The notes beneath the pieces were generated by a model. That model ran no database searches, was not told the DNA's origin, and saw only the letters and a program-made list of their open reading frames with translations. A DNA stretch of 51,096 nt from Basidiobolus meristosporus CBS 931.73. Taxonomy: Eukaryota; Fungi; Basidiobolomycota. Shown in pieces: positions 35,803 to 47,349 of the stretch. Position 1 is the stretch's first letter; each line of letters begins with the position of its first letter. Location: contig MCFE01000633.1 in assembly GCA_002104905.1 (NCBI GenBank), positions 1 through 51,096 on the forward strand, in the 5' to 3' direction. The position numbers and the translations under genes are program-made.

Positions 35803-37987
35803 TATGACTTAGCCATGTTTGGACTTGGAAAGCCTACAGTACCTAATCAGAAAGGCTACAATCACTATCAAAGAAGTCAATCAGGATCAGTACCAATTAA
35901 AATAGATGCTATACAGAAGAATTGCACCTCATAAGAAGGTAAGATGTAAGGACTTTATTTTAACTGCCACCAGCAAAGACGTATCTCAAAGTACTGCTGT
36001 CAGAGAGGAAATAGACACCAGTCAACAAGAACCTTCAGCCATATTGAAGCCCTTGAGCATAGTAAAATGGAGAATGAACTTGAAGAAGGCTTAGAACTCA
36101 CCTTCCATATGACAAAAGAATACTTATCACAAATGACCTCAAACCCAGGAGAGCTACTTTACTTGAATATAGTAATCAATGGAGTACCTGCCAAGATTAT
36201 CATTGACTCAGGAGCATCACATAAGTGCATGTCAGAGCAATTTCCCTTGAAAGCTGGAATCAACTTGGAACCTACCTAATCAGCTTCAGTCTCAGCAGCT
36301 GATGGCAACTCTCACATAATTGCTGTATTACTCAGTCAATAAGAATGAAGTTCAAGGACTATGACAAATACTTACAGGCCTATCTATTTGGCAGCTGCAA
36401 GATTGACCTTGTATTGGGAAAACATGGCTATTCTGTTATAATCCATCAATCAGATGGAGAACCCATGTCACCCAGTTCCAAAAAAACAGCCAGACCTACA
36501 AGCTCCTATCTCTCAGACTGGATCTCAACTTTGTCAATTCCTGTATGTGTGAAACAAGTGAACTTAGCAATATGCAGCTCTGTAGAGCATTTAGAAAAGG
36601 CTCCCAGATATTCCCCACAGTAGTATTAAAGGTGGATTCTCCTACCCCAGCACCCTAGAAGGCTCATGCTCTTTTAAAGAAATATTCAGATGTGTTTCTA
36701 GATGAGCTTGTAAGCCTACCACTAATCAGAGATGTGTTTCATGCTGTTGACACAATAGAAATCCCACATGTGTGCAAGACACCTTGGAGAATGAGTACAT
36801 TAAAATTGGAAGAGATGAAGTGATAAATAGAACAGTTATTGGAGCAATGATATGTCAGCCCAAGCCAGTCACCTTGTGGAGCACCAGTGCTTATTGTGAA
36901 AAAAAAGGATGGAACACCTAGGATCTGCATTGACTACAGAGCCCTAAACTCAGTTACTGTTAAGAATAAGTACCCCATACCTTGGATTGATGGGCCTATG
37001 GACCAACTCAATGGAGCCACCATATTCATCAAGCTTGGCCTCATGTCAGGATACAACAGATTAAGGTAAAACCAGAAGACATTCTTAAGACAGCATTCAG
37101 CACCAGATATGGACACTACAAGTACTTTGTCATGAGTTTTAGCCTCACCAATGCCCTTGCAACATTAATGGCCTTGATGCAAACCATCTTCTAGGAGAAC
37201 TTAGACAAGTTTGTGGTAGTCCACCTTGATGACATATTGATATACAGCAAAACAGAAGGGGACCACTTGGTGCACATTAAAAAGGTCTTAAAGAAGCTAA
37301 AAGAGAACAACCTATATGGTGAGCTAGCAAAGTGTGAATTCCTCAAGGAACACATTGAATACCTTGGACACATTGTGATTGGTACAAAAGTGCCCTTACA
37401 CCCCTCAAATGTTGAAGTGATCTAGTATCTTCAGAAAAAAGCTTACTGTCTGCACATATTTTTTCAAATTATGCAGTTGATGGAGTACTGAGCCAACAAC
37501 ATGAGGGAAAGGAATATCCAGTTGCATCAAAGCCAAGAAGTTGAATTCAGCAGAACAAAACTATCCAATGCATGAGAAGGAGATGCTTGCCATAATACAC
37601 TGCCTGAAGACATGGACATGCTACATTGCAGGAGTCAAATGTAAAGTGATGACTGATCATATCTCACTCAAGTATATATTTACTTAAAAGGTACTGTCCC
37701 AAACAATGATAAGAGGAAGTAAATGTATTTAGCAATCTGATTTGGAGATTGTCTACTGCCCTGAGAAAAACACCATGGTTGCTGATGTCTTATCAAGACT
37801 AGAACAAGTTGCAGCACTTAACCTGGTGCATAAATCAGATTGGCCTAGCTTATTACCAGAGTACTTGGAGGACTAAGCTGTTCATAATGAGATTGATGAA
37901 AAGATCAAGAAGATAATCCAGGATTAAGGTTGCATATTTGTAGTATAGGATGAAACACTCTATCATATTGTTGATAGAAGCCTAATT

Positions 37988-38718
37988 AGACTTGTTCTGT
38001 TGGATAGTGCCACATTGTGCCGTGAGTGCCAAAAGATGCCATAGTGTGCCAGAGAGGTCATGTGAGCCTAATTTGATCACCTAGTGTAAGACATAGCTCT
38101 GCATCTTCATGCAAAGCAGCCCCTGTGTTTCACCTATGGTGCAGGAGAAAATCCATTTTTTGATGTTTTTTTGAGGATCAATGTTGTGCAGGATGAGTAA
38201 GAGCACCAAAGAACTGAGGACATGCATCAGGTACTCATACCCATGGCACTCTGAATCTCACTCCTGTGGCTTGTAACATGTCATAAAAATTCATGGCACT
38301 ATTTTGGTCCACTGGTACTATCTGGCACTATATTTATTTATTAGCCCTAAAGTAAGATCTACACAAAGCACTTATGGTGCCAGATAGTACCAGTGGACCA
38401 AAATAGTGCCATGAATTTTTATGACATGTTACAAGCCACAGGAGTGAGATTCAGAGTGCCATGGGTATTGAGTACCTGATGCATGTCTGCAGTTCTTCTG
38501 TGCTCTTACACATCCTGCACAACATTGACCTAAAAAAATGGTCCAAAAATGAATTTTCTCCAACACAATGGGTGAAACACAGGGGTGGCTTTGCATGAAG
38601 ATGCAGAGCTATGTTTCACACTCTGTGGCCAAGCATAGGTTCACTTGGCCTCCCTGGCACACAACAGCATCATTTGGCACTCATGGCTCCATGTGGCACT
38701 ATCCAACGGAACAAGTCT
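37988..38718. mobile_element. Foldback MITE copy B, 731 bp, TSD ATT
   Basis: ATT at 37985-37987 and 38719-38721; arms ~345 bp; 42-bp spacer at 38332-38373. Confidence 0.95.
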
Positions 38719-41287
38719 ATTATATATCACCCTTATGCTGCTTACCTGAACTTATTACATAGGCTACACAATACATATGAAGTGTTTGGAATTGATGGAA
38801 CATATAGCCTTGTGAAAGCTAGAGTTTGGTAACCTGGAATGAAACAAGATGTTGCAAAGCTAGTGAAAACATGCCCAGATTTCCAAATCAACCAAGACTA
38901 ACCTCAGAGAGCATTCTGCACTTTTTCCTTGGAGCCAGTAAGACCCTTTGCAAGATGTGGAAGTGACTTTGTTGGAAGACTGCTAACCACCAGGAAATGT
39001 AACTTGTGGATCCTATCAGCAATTGATCATGCCACTAAATGGCCAGTGGCTAAAGTTGAACCTGCAGCCAGTGAACAAGAAGTTGCAAGTTGCATCTTCC
39101 ATGAGATCCTTATGAAGTCTGGATTCCCTGTAGAAATTTTATCTGATAGAGGAGCAAACTTTATGGAAAAGATATTGGAAGCTTACCTGGAAATGCAGCA
39201 GATCAAATACCTGAGAACCTTAGCATTTTACCCTTGAGCCAATGAAGTCAATAGCAGCTAAATGGATGATATAGAAAAATGCTGAGCAAGTATGCAAATG
39301 AAACTATGAATAGATGGCATGAGTATATAGACCAGGCACTTCTTGCCTGTAGAGTGAGAGTGCACAATACCTCCCAATAATTGTCATCTTACTTTGTGTG
39401 TGTGTGAACTAAGAATTCCATGAGATCTCACATAATCAAAGCTCATGGATGTCTTAGAAGATGAACTCAGTCAGCCAAATAGACATCAGTACCTGGAGCA
39501 AAGATGTCAGGAGGTGCAGGCCAAAGTATCTTAAAGTGTAGTAAAGATGAAACAGAGATCTGATAAGACTATATTACCAGAAGCATTGACAGTTGGGAAT
39601 TTTTTATTGCTGAGAAACAACATTTGGAAAAGGTTTGAGCCAAAATGAACAGTACCATTCAAGATATTCAGAGAATGCTCATTTGCAACTTGCCAACTTG
39701 TGAACAAACAAGGGAGTATCTGGGAGTATATAGGTCATATACACAGACTCATGCTTACAGTACCTACTGACAATAATGAGCCATCAAGATATTGGTATCA
39801 CAGGAACAGAGATTCAGGAGAACCCACTCAATCTTAGTGGGGCAGAGTGTTATGCTCTATCACTTGAATGTTTAAGTCAGATCCGTTCTTAGTCAAACCA
39901 ACTATGTTTAGCCTGTCAGTGAATCAGCATTACCTATCAAGTCAGTAGTATTAGTCAGTAGAAAATTCTTCAGATTCTTATCCAACAGAAATAGATATGC
40001 TCAGAAAAATTTAATTGGGTGATGATGCAATCAAATGCATCACCAACCACAACCTACATTAGGAAATCAAATTAGTCAGCAGTTGATCTGACAGAATGCA
40101 TATAAGGTGCTGCTGTATCCCCAATCAAAATCAGCTCACGTTTTAGGGAATACAATACTAGTTAAACTCCCTATTCCTCTACAAATCCTAAGTCAAGATT
40201 TGAAACATACAATTGAGTAAAAATCCAACTTATTTTGCTGAAACAAAGAACATCCATGTTAGATATCACTCCGTACATGAAGCAATACAGTATAACTTAG
40301 TTAGCTTGCCCTACTGTCCCTCACATGGCAGGTTTGCGTCACACTCATCAAGCTAGTAACCAGAGACAAATATAAATGTCTTAGATTGTGGTTACTGCTA
40401 GTTAGTGTAGGTACTTAATTCAGTGGGGGTTTTGCAAACTCTGTGATTTCATCAAAATATCTACCCTACTTTAACATTTAGATCATTATCCATAAATCAT
40501 AGTAAATTTAGGTAGAATTCTTTGTTGTAACTTACTTGCATTATAGACTTGTTCCATTGTACCGTGCCAGGGCGTGTGGCGCAATCCGCAGTTGCAAAGA
40601 ATGATCGGGCGCAATATTATAGCTACCAGAAGGCAGGATTGTTCTTGGACAATTTGGCACTATGCGGGATGATCTTGCACACTATGGCACAATCTGACAC
40701 AATAAGGTTGGCACGGATGATTGCGCCAACTTGTAATGTTTGCATCACGTGCGTGATTGGATACCACTATAATGGCAGGTAAAATCTGGTATTTGGATAT
40801 GTTTCTTTAATGTAAATGGAAATAAATGTGTTTCACACTATAAACTACACTGATACTTACCATTTTGGTTACCCTCACTCCAATTGGACGGTATCTCAGT
40901 GGTTAATTGGTCCAAAAGTATCCTGAAGCTGGCAGCCCCCAATTGGCTCATTGACTACTGAAAAAGCTACCTGATTTGCCATTAAATATCCCATTTTGCC
41001 CATTGAGCAAGTAAATCCCTGATCCTAGTGATTGGACAAGGTGTCATAGCTAGCACGCAAGCAATCATGTAGGTGCAAAACAGATCCAATAGCTGCACTG
41101 GTATTACAGATGTCGTATATATATGCAGGGTGTTTATTTATAGGGGTTCTGTCTCAAATGTGAGACGACCTTGATATTGCTTATATCAAAAATTTGATGA
41201 TCACTGATTTGCAATGGCTCAATTTGGATCGCAAAAAAAAAGGGTTGTCAGGATCATTACAAATGTGAGCAATTCAAAGCAATTGCA

Positions 41288-42518
41288 TCATCTTCTCCTG
41301 GGTTTTTTTCTCACAGGGATTACTACTGAAGCATTTGGTAGTGACTCACTTTGCACACCTATACTACTTCCTGGCTGACTATCATCTTGGCTACTTGTGT
41401 TTTTGTAGTCAGTATTTTGCCTCCTAGTTGATGAGTGCAATGCTGCAGCTTGGCCGCGCTGAACTGCTCCAACTGAACCAACTGAACCGGCCTGTAGTGC
41501 CACGTGCTGACGCGTTCATTTACTTGCCAAGGGCTCCGGTGGTTGAGGCACTTCATCTTGGTCATCATCAGTCAGTTCACCAGAAGTAACTTGCTGATGG
41601 TCAGGCAAAACGGCACGCGCAGGCACGCCTTGATGCGTTGAGATGGCCCTTGGCTGAGTTTGATGTGATGCCGCATGTTGACGCGACTTGGTCCGCTCCA
41701 ATGGACTCGTGTCTAAATGAGCAGTTTGGCAAGTTCTTGTTGTTTTGCTCTGAAGCGCGCGCGTTGACTCAACGCGGGGCGTTCTGGTAAAGGGTGTTGG
41801 CGTGGTCTGGACTGACGTGTGCCGGCGCGCTGTGGTTGCAAGAGATGGTAGGGAATCCAGCAAGGCGTGCTGGCATGATCTGGACAATGTTGCTTGCGGT
41901 CTGTATTCTTCCTCCTGAAGCTCACCATCTGATTCCTCAAGGTATTCACTTACACTCTGTCTGATACTTTGGAGCTGTTGCCTGGATGAGTCCTGTGTAT
42001 ATTGCTCTCGGAAGCCACTTAGCTCTACTAATATATCATGTAGTACATTAGTCATTTGAGGCAAAAACTCATTCAAAATCTCTTTGGTTCCCAAAGTTGA
42101 GGCACGAACAGATGCGTCCGGCCCGTACTGTGCAAACTGCGCGCAAAATTGTTACTGCGCGGCTTCTTCGTCAAATCCCCTCATTCTCAGCTCATTTTTG
42201 ATTTCAATACTTGTCTTGTTATATATCTTTACATACATCGGCTGGCATCTTGATGTAGAACTCATGCCACAGCTTTCTACTCAAATTCTTCCATCTTTGT
42301 CGACTCTCTGAGGTATCTAGTTCTGCTAGATTAATCAGTAGTGCCCAAATATCTGTATGAAGGCTCATCATAGACACTTGGGCCATACTAAAATCATTTG
42401 GCAAGAACTCAAACAAATCCGACATAGACTTCTCCGGTCCGGACTGCGCTTGTGAGCTGGGGGATGGGTTTTGTCTGGGTTGTACTAAAGATGAGTTGAG
42501 GCTTGGTATGGGGACCAT
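41288..42518 (-). pseudogene. ORF2 of copy 2, disrupted
   Basis: Frameshift near 42225 and AGA to TGA near 41517 split the 413-aa ORF into three pieces. Confidence 0.92.
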
Positions 42519-42877
42519 AGCAACGGATTTGGATACTTATACAGCAGTATATTGGCATCAACCTGGTCTTATATGAAATATATATGAAAACTAAAGTGAT
42601 TGTTGAATTTTCCATATATTATGCATGATGTATCTTGGATCACATTGACACAGATCAGATCACATCAATTGCAGATTTCCTATTTGATTATAAACCTATG
42701 ATTAAAGCATCAATAAAAGTACCAAGGCATTGTTTGCAAATGATTTTTGCGACATAATGATGGGATACATGGCAATTGATGGAGATTTAACCATAATGTG
42801 TTAAGAATCAGATAAATAACGCAGATTGCGCTAAATCGATTCAAACCGCCTCAATACAATCATCCATTAATTTTAAT

Positions 42878-43762
42878 ATGACTTACTCATCTGAATGGTC
42901 TTTTCTCATCAATCCCATCACTACCACTGGATTTCCTCTTGACACACTGGAGGAGATCTATACCAAGTACTGTGGACCATCAACCCCAATCTACTCAAGG
43001 AGATCCTTTGTGAAGCTTCTCTGCTATTACAAGAACTATTGCCCTACATGGTTTCATCCCACCATCCATGGCAACAAAAGTCCTACAAGCTTTCATTCCC
43101 AGCTGACAGCAATGGAGAACCACCTTGCAGAGGGTATGAATGACTTAGACCAAGCTTGGAATTCTAGGTTCAGAAGCTTCAATAGACTTCCATATCCCAG
43201 AGTGTTCAGCAACAGGTTCCATATCAGGAGTATTTTGGATACCTTCCCAGTGAGGATTAACAGACCTTCAAGAGGGCAGAGGCACTTTTATTCTGGCAAG
43301 TACAAGGCACACTGTGTGAAGTTTCAAGCACTGTCTGACATTGAGGGTAACATCATCTGGTTTAGTGGGCCATTTGCTGGAAGTAGGCATGACAAAGCAC
43401 TCTGGGTAGAGAATCATCCTGAATTCAGTAGAGGGGAGAAATGTATGGCAGACTTAGCCTATATAGGAAAGGATTGTCAGAGATTAGGATGTATTACAGC
43501 TTATAGGAAGCCAAGGAATGGTGTGCTTAGCAGGAAGCAGAAGCTCTACAATGAGATATTTAAACATTTCAGAGTAAGGGTAGAGCACACATTTGGATAT
43601 CTGATGAGATTCAGCATATTGGCAGGTAAATACAGAGGAAAGTCATATATAGGTGAAAACAGCAGAATAAGTAAAATAGTTAAGATACTTATTAATGCAC
43701 AGTATGTTCATACAAGAAGACATCCACTGAGAGAAATGTGTCTGGAGCATTATGAAGAGTAA
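42878..43762 (+). CDS. DDE transposase of copy 2, 294 aa, open frame
   Basis: 14 amino-acid differences from copy 1; D121, D192 and E236 retained. Confidence 0.93.
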   Translation: MTYSSEWSFLINPITTTGFPLDTLEEIYTKYCGPSTPIYSRRSFVKLLCYYKNYCPTWFHPTIHGNKSPTSFHSQLTAMENHLAEGMNDLDQAWNSRFRSFNRLPYPRVFSNRFHIRSILDTFPVRINRPSRGQRHFYSGKYKAHCVKFQALSDIEGNIIWFSGPFAGSRHDKALWVENHPEFSRGEKCMADLAYIGKDCQRLGCITAYRKPRNGVLSRKQKLYNEIFKHFRVRVEHTFGYLMRFSILAGKYRGKSYIGENSRISKIVKILINAQYVHTRRHPLREMCLEHYEE

Positions 43763-44989
43763 ATAAAGCAAGGAAAGCACTATTCTGAGCAACATAAGTA
43801 TGATTGAGTAAAATTACCAGTAACTGTATCATACCACTGGCATCATGGTAGAAATTATAGTGCCAGATAGTGCCATAGAGTGCCAGATCAATCCGGCACT
43901 ATAAACAGGCTGGCACTATGTGGCACTATCCAACTGAACAAGTTTTATGTCTACCATGACTCCAGGTACCCAGTGCATCATTAATATCAGTGCTCTTCAA
44001 GTAGTCCTATACTTTGCACACATGCTCCTAGGATGTTGTACCAGCATTTGGTGGGTGTGTTTTCTTCAAATGTTTGGCCAAAATCATGATACAAATACTG
44101 AGCGGCTGATCACCTGATTTAGCATCAATAACAATTGCTTTAGTTTACTCTGGGAAAGTATTTCTACTTGTGTGCCAAATAGCTGATACCCGAGATATTG
44201 AGAAATGTATGTTTAGAGAAACTTGGTGTAGATTGTGCATCAATATTCAAAACTAAAGCAATTTTACTTATTTAAGAAATCTGGTACCCTAACCAATTTT
44301 GATCATTCCTAATCCCAGTGATGGCTTATTTATCCCATCTTGGAATCTGACTTGGGCTGTCATACCAATACACTATTCATGTGGTTATTACATTATCATC
44401 TGATATGCCAAGCCTCCCCAGGAGACTGGCTATCTGGGATCTATCCAACCATATAGTTGTTGCCAAGACATCAGTTGATTGACAAGACAATTTTTGTTCA
44501 TATTGGGCAACTAGCAACAACCAAATTGATTAATATCAATGGTCCCTTGGCACTAGCTTGATTAGGAATGTATAAATAAAAATTATCAAGCCTTCTGGTT
44601 TGGTGTATGTCTCAACAAACTTAAAATTGTGTCTTAGTAAAATGATATATTCAACAACATTGCTTCAGCTTCTACCCATGATTGTAAATCTAGCACCCCT
44701 AGTAGCACCCAGCATAAGCTGCATAGCAAGCCAACTTTATTGCCTTTATAGCCAAACCAAGCTATATCCAAGAACAATATTAGGACAGGATCTTTTGGCC
44801 AATATTCCTGCTACTCTCTGCCAATTCTACAGTTCTGTACTTATTTGTCACTTTGGCTCAGTTAAACCATTGAGGAGCTTTATAATACTTTTCTCCTCCC
44901 CATGAAAAATAATCTGGTTGTGCAGGTAGGTCAAATCTTGATCAGCCTTAATGCTCCTGCAATGAGGCCATCATAGTTCCAACAGCTTG

Positions 44990-46540
44990 GAATTATTGAC
45001 CCTCTGAAAGTCATCTGATGGGATTGTGACAGAGATTTGGGGATTTTATTGCTAAAAGGGTAAGTAAACTTAATGGTGTCTTGGCAGTCCTTTGATGAGA
45101 TTTGAATGGTACTTCAATTGTCTTAATATAATCTATATTTATTTGAGTGGAGCCAACCAGTCAGTGCATGCACATGGCATATATGGAAAAAAAACCTGAC
45201 AGTATTCTGACAGCCTTGATGTGAACATCTGTTGGCATTATAGCAGCAGTACAGTGGCCTACAGCTGGTTCTATGTAATGCCAACATACAAGTTTACAAC
45301 ATAGCCATTCCCTTTGCTATCTCCCCTTGCACCATTCATATATCTTATTGTAGATTAACCCCTCATTATTTGCTTACCAACTACCACCATGGGTATTTCA
45401 CATATAGTTGGAACATGCTTACAAACCTCTATATACACACACACCCAACACAGTTGTTATACCTCTATCACCTCAACTTTATGGCTTTTCAGTATGATAC
45501 TTGCAAAACTGCCATGTACCTTTTATTCTTGGTAACATATACATCTTACAAACATGGGCATGGTTGTTGTGACTTTTGCCTTAAGCACCTCTTGAGTATC
45601 TGCAAGATACTTTTAGGCACTTGGCCTTTATATTACTTCTCCCTGCTAGACTCTAGACCCCTTGAAAGGTACACTTTGCTCTTGCTTGTATGAATACTAT
45701 ATTTAATTGTGTAGTAGTTGGCTTGCATTCAGGAGAAGCCTTGCATAATATGGTAAAATATTCTAATGAAAATTGGTTGCTGGTAGTGCCCAACCCAACT
45801 TTCCATTAGTTAGCTCATTACCTATGCTTTAGAGCTGCTCTGCTTTGTAATGCCAAAGGCAAAGATGTCTCTATGTGCACATCTGTTCCCAGTGTTTTTC
45901 AACTCTTCCTGACTGTCTTCAATGTTCCAACTCATCACATCCATGATCAACATGTATGTAATATTCTTCATGAGATTGGGATATGGTAGTGCTTGCAACT
46001 TGACATGTCTTCCTATCTCCCACATATCCACTCCATAGAAGCTCTAAAAAGGTGAACCAAGGCCCAATATTCTTCACACACCAAGCAAGATTGAGCAATC
46101 TTGGATGCAGTGGCAGCAGAGATCTACATGTGCAGCTTAATGCTTGTAGAACAGCTACTCATATCCTGCAACAAACTCCTTGCATAAGAGCCATAGATGC
46201 ACCAGGTTTGCATCAGTAATCTGCCTCTTGATATATTTCTACACTGCCAAGATACAAGTCTCAATACTTTCAGTGTACTCCTGGTAGAAATTGCTTCAAA
46301 AGGTCACTTGTATAAGTTCTTATCTGGTTTGTCTAGTCCTTGCACTTGTATAGTTGCATATACATATAAGTATTGAAAAGAGCTTGTAAGAAATACTTTG
46401 GGTAGCAGATATCCTGTGGCATTGTGTCAGTTCATTAGATATTTCTGGCATCTCCAAGGGTTCATTAAGGCTGAAATGCCCTATGTACACTAGATCATCA
46501 ATATAGGGATATTGTTGAAGAGTAAATGCATTGCTCCCAG
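44990..46540 (-). pseudogene. CACTA/EnSpm-type transposase relic, copy 2
   Basis: Minus-strand remnants 'MHLLFNNIP', 'LWLLCKEFVAGYE', 'WEIGRHVKLQALPYPNL'; homologous to 15480-16780. Confidence 0.68.
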
Positions 46541-46543
46541 CAG

Positions 46544-47346
46544 TGTGGTAAGGTAAGCATACCTCCCACTGACAACTTTATTCATATAGCCATTATGATA
46601 TACTTATCCATATTTTATCTTATCAGGATTATTCCATTCTCCTTTTGCCCATATTATAAGTATTATCCCCATATGATGTTTACCCTAATCAGTTATTAGC
46701 ATTAGTTATCCCAGATGTTATTCAGCCTTGTGATCAGTATATGTATCTACATAGGCAAGTACCTGCGTCAGTACCTGTGACATGTGACCTAGGTCTGTGT
46801 TACCATCCCTACCATTTCAATACCATATATGGTATTTCTATGTTGCACAGGTTTCAGACTACTGATTCCTGATTGGTTGGATGTGCTGTGCCATTTAGAA
46901 CCTTTCAGGACATTCTTGGCATATTTTTAGCTCATAGTGATGTCATTAAGAATTCCACTGATGCCTAGAATCTTCTAGAACCTTGTCATTAGTAATCACT
47001 TGGCAATCAGGAAAAGTATTTAAGGGAAAGCAATCCCTCTTCAATAAATCATCACTTCTATCAGTAACACTTCTCCTTTATTGATTAGCAGTTGATCACT
47101 GCACCTGCCTTCAACAGCACATCTCAGACCTGCCATCAAGGAGCTTTTCAGGGTAGTGCACAAGACACACAGAGGCCTTTGGAGACACTTGGAGCACCTA
47201 TGAAGCTAGAGAAGCAGGAGCTTTTACCATAGTTACATATTGACAAAGACACCAGCAGCTTAGACACAGAGGTTATTGCACCCATCAGACACCTCACACA
47301 CCTTGAGTTGTGTAGCTTCTCCCAGGAGTATCTCTACACCACCACA
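46544..47346 (+). repeat. Diverged LTR-A-like LTR, 803 bp
   Basis: Starts TGTGGTAAGG...CCCACTGACA and ends ...ACACCACCACA like sense LTR-A; no matching TSD. Confidence 0.8.
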
Positions 47347-47349
47347 TAT

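Larger units (their letters stand above)
35000..39780 (+). pseudogene. Element C gag-pol remnants
   Basis: Protease IIIDSGASHKCM; [20 protein letters not shown] and VVHLDDILIYS; integrase FARCGSDFVG..AIDHATKWP..LSDRGANF; no chromodomain seen. Confidence 0.88.
34552..40207 (+). mobile_element. Old full-length Ty3/Gypsy element C, source family of LTR-C, TSD TACA
   Basis: LTRs 34552-34917 and 39848-40207 (strongly diverged); PBS TGGTAGCAGC 34919-34928; PPT AGTGGGGCAGAG 39836-39847; TACA at 34548-34551 and 40208-40211. Confidence 0.9.
40545..43945 (+). mobile_element. Harbinger-like DNA transposon copy 2 (3401 bp), TSD TAT
   Basis: Colinear with copy 1; TAT at 40542-40544 and 43946-43948; right TIR mutated (TGAACAAGTTT). 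Confidence 0.95.

Noticed and set aside
44600-44905. Possible Gypsy integrase remnant on the minus strand (..DLQSWVEAEAM)
   Set aside because: Only one weak motif and no other supporting domains.
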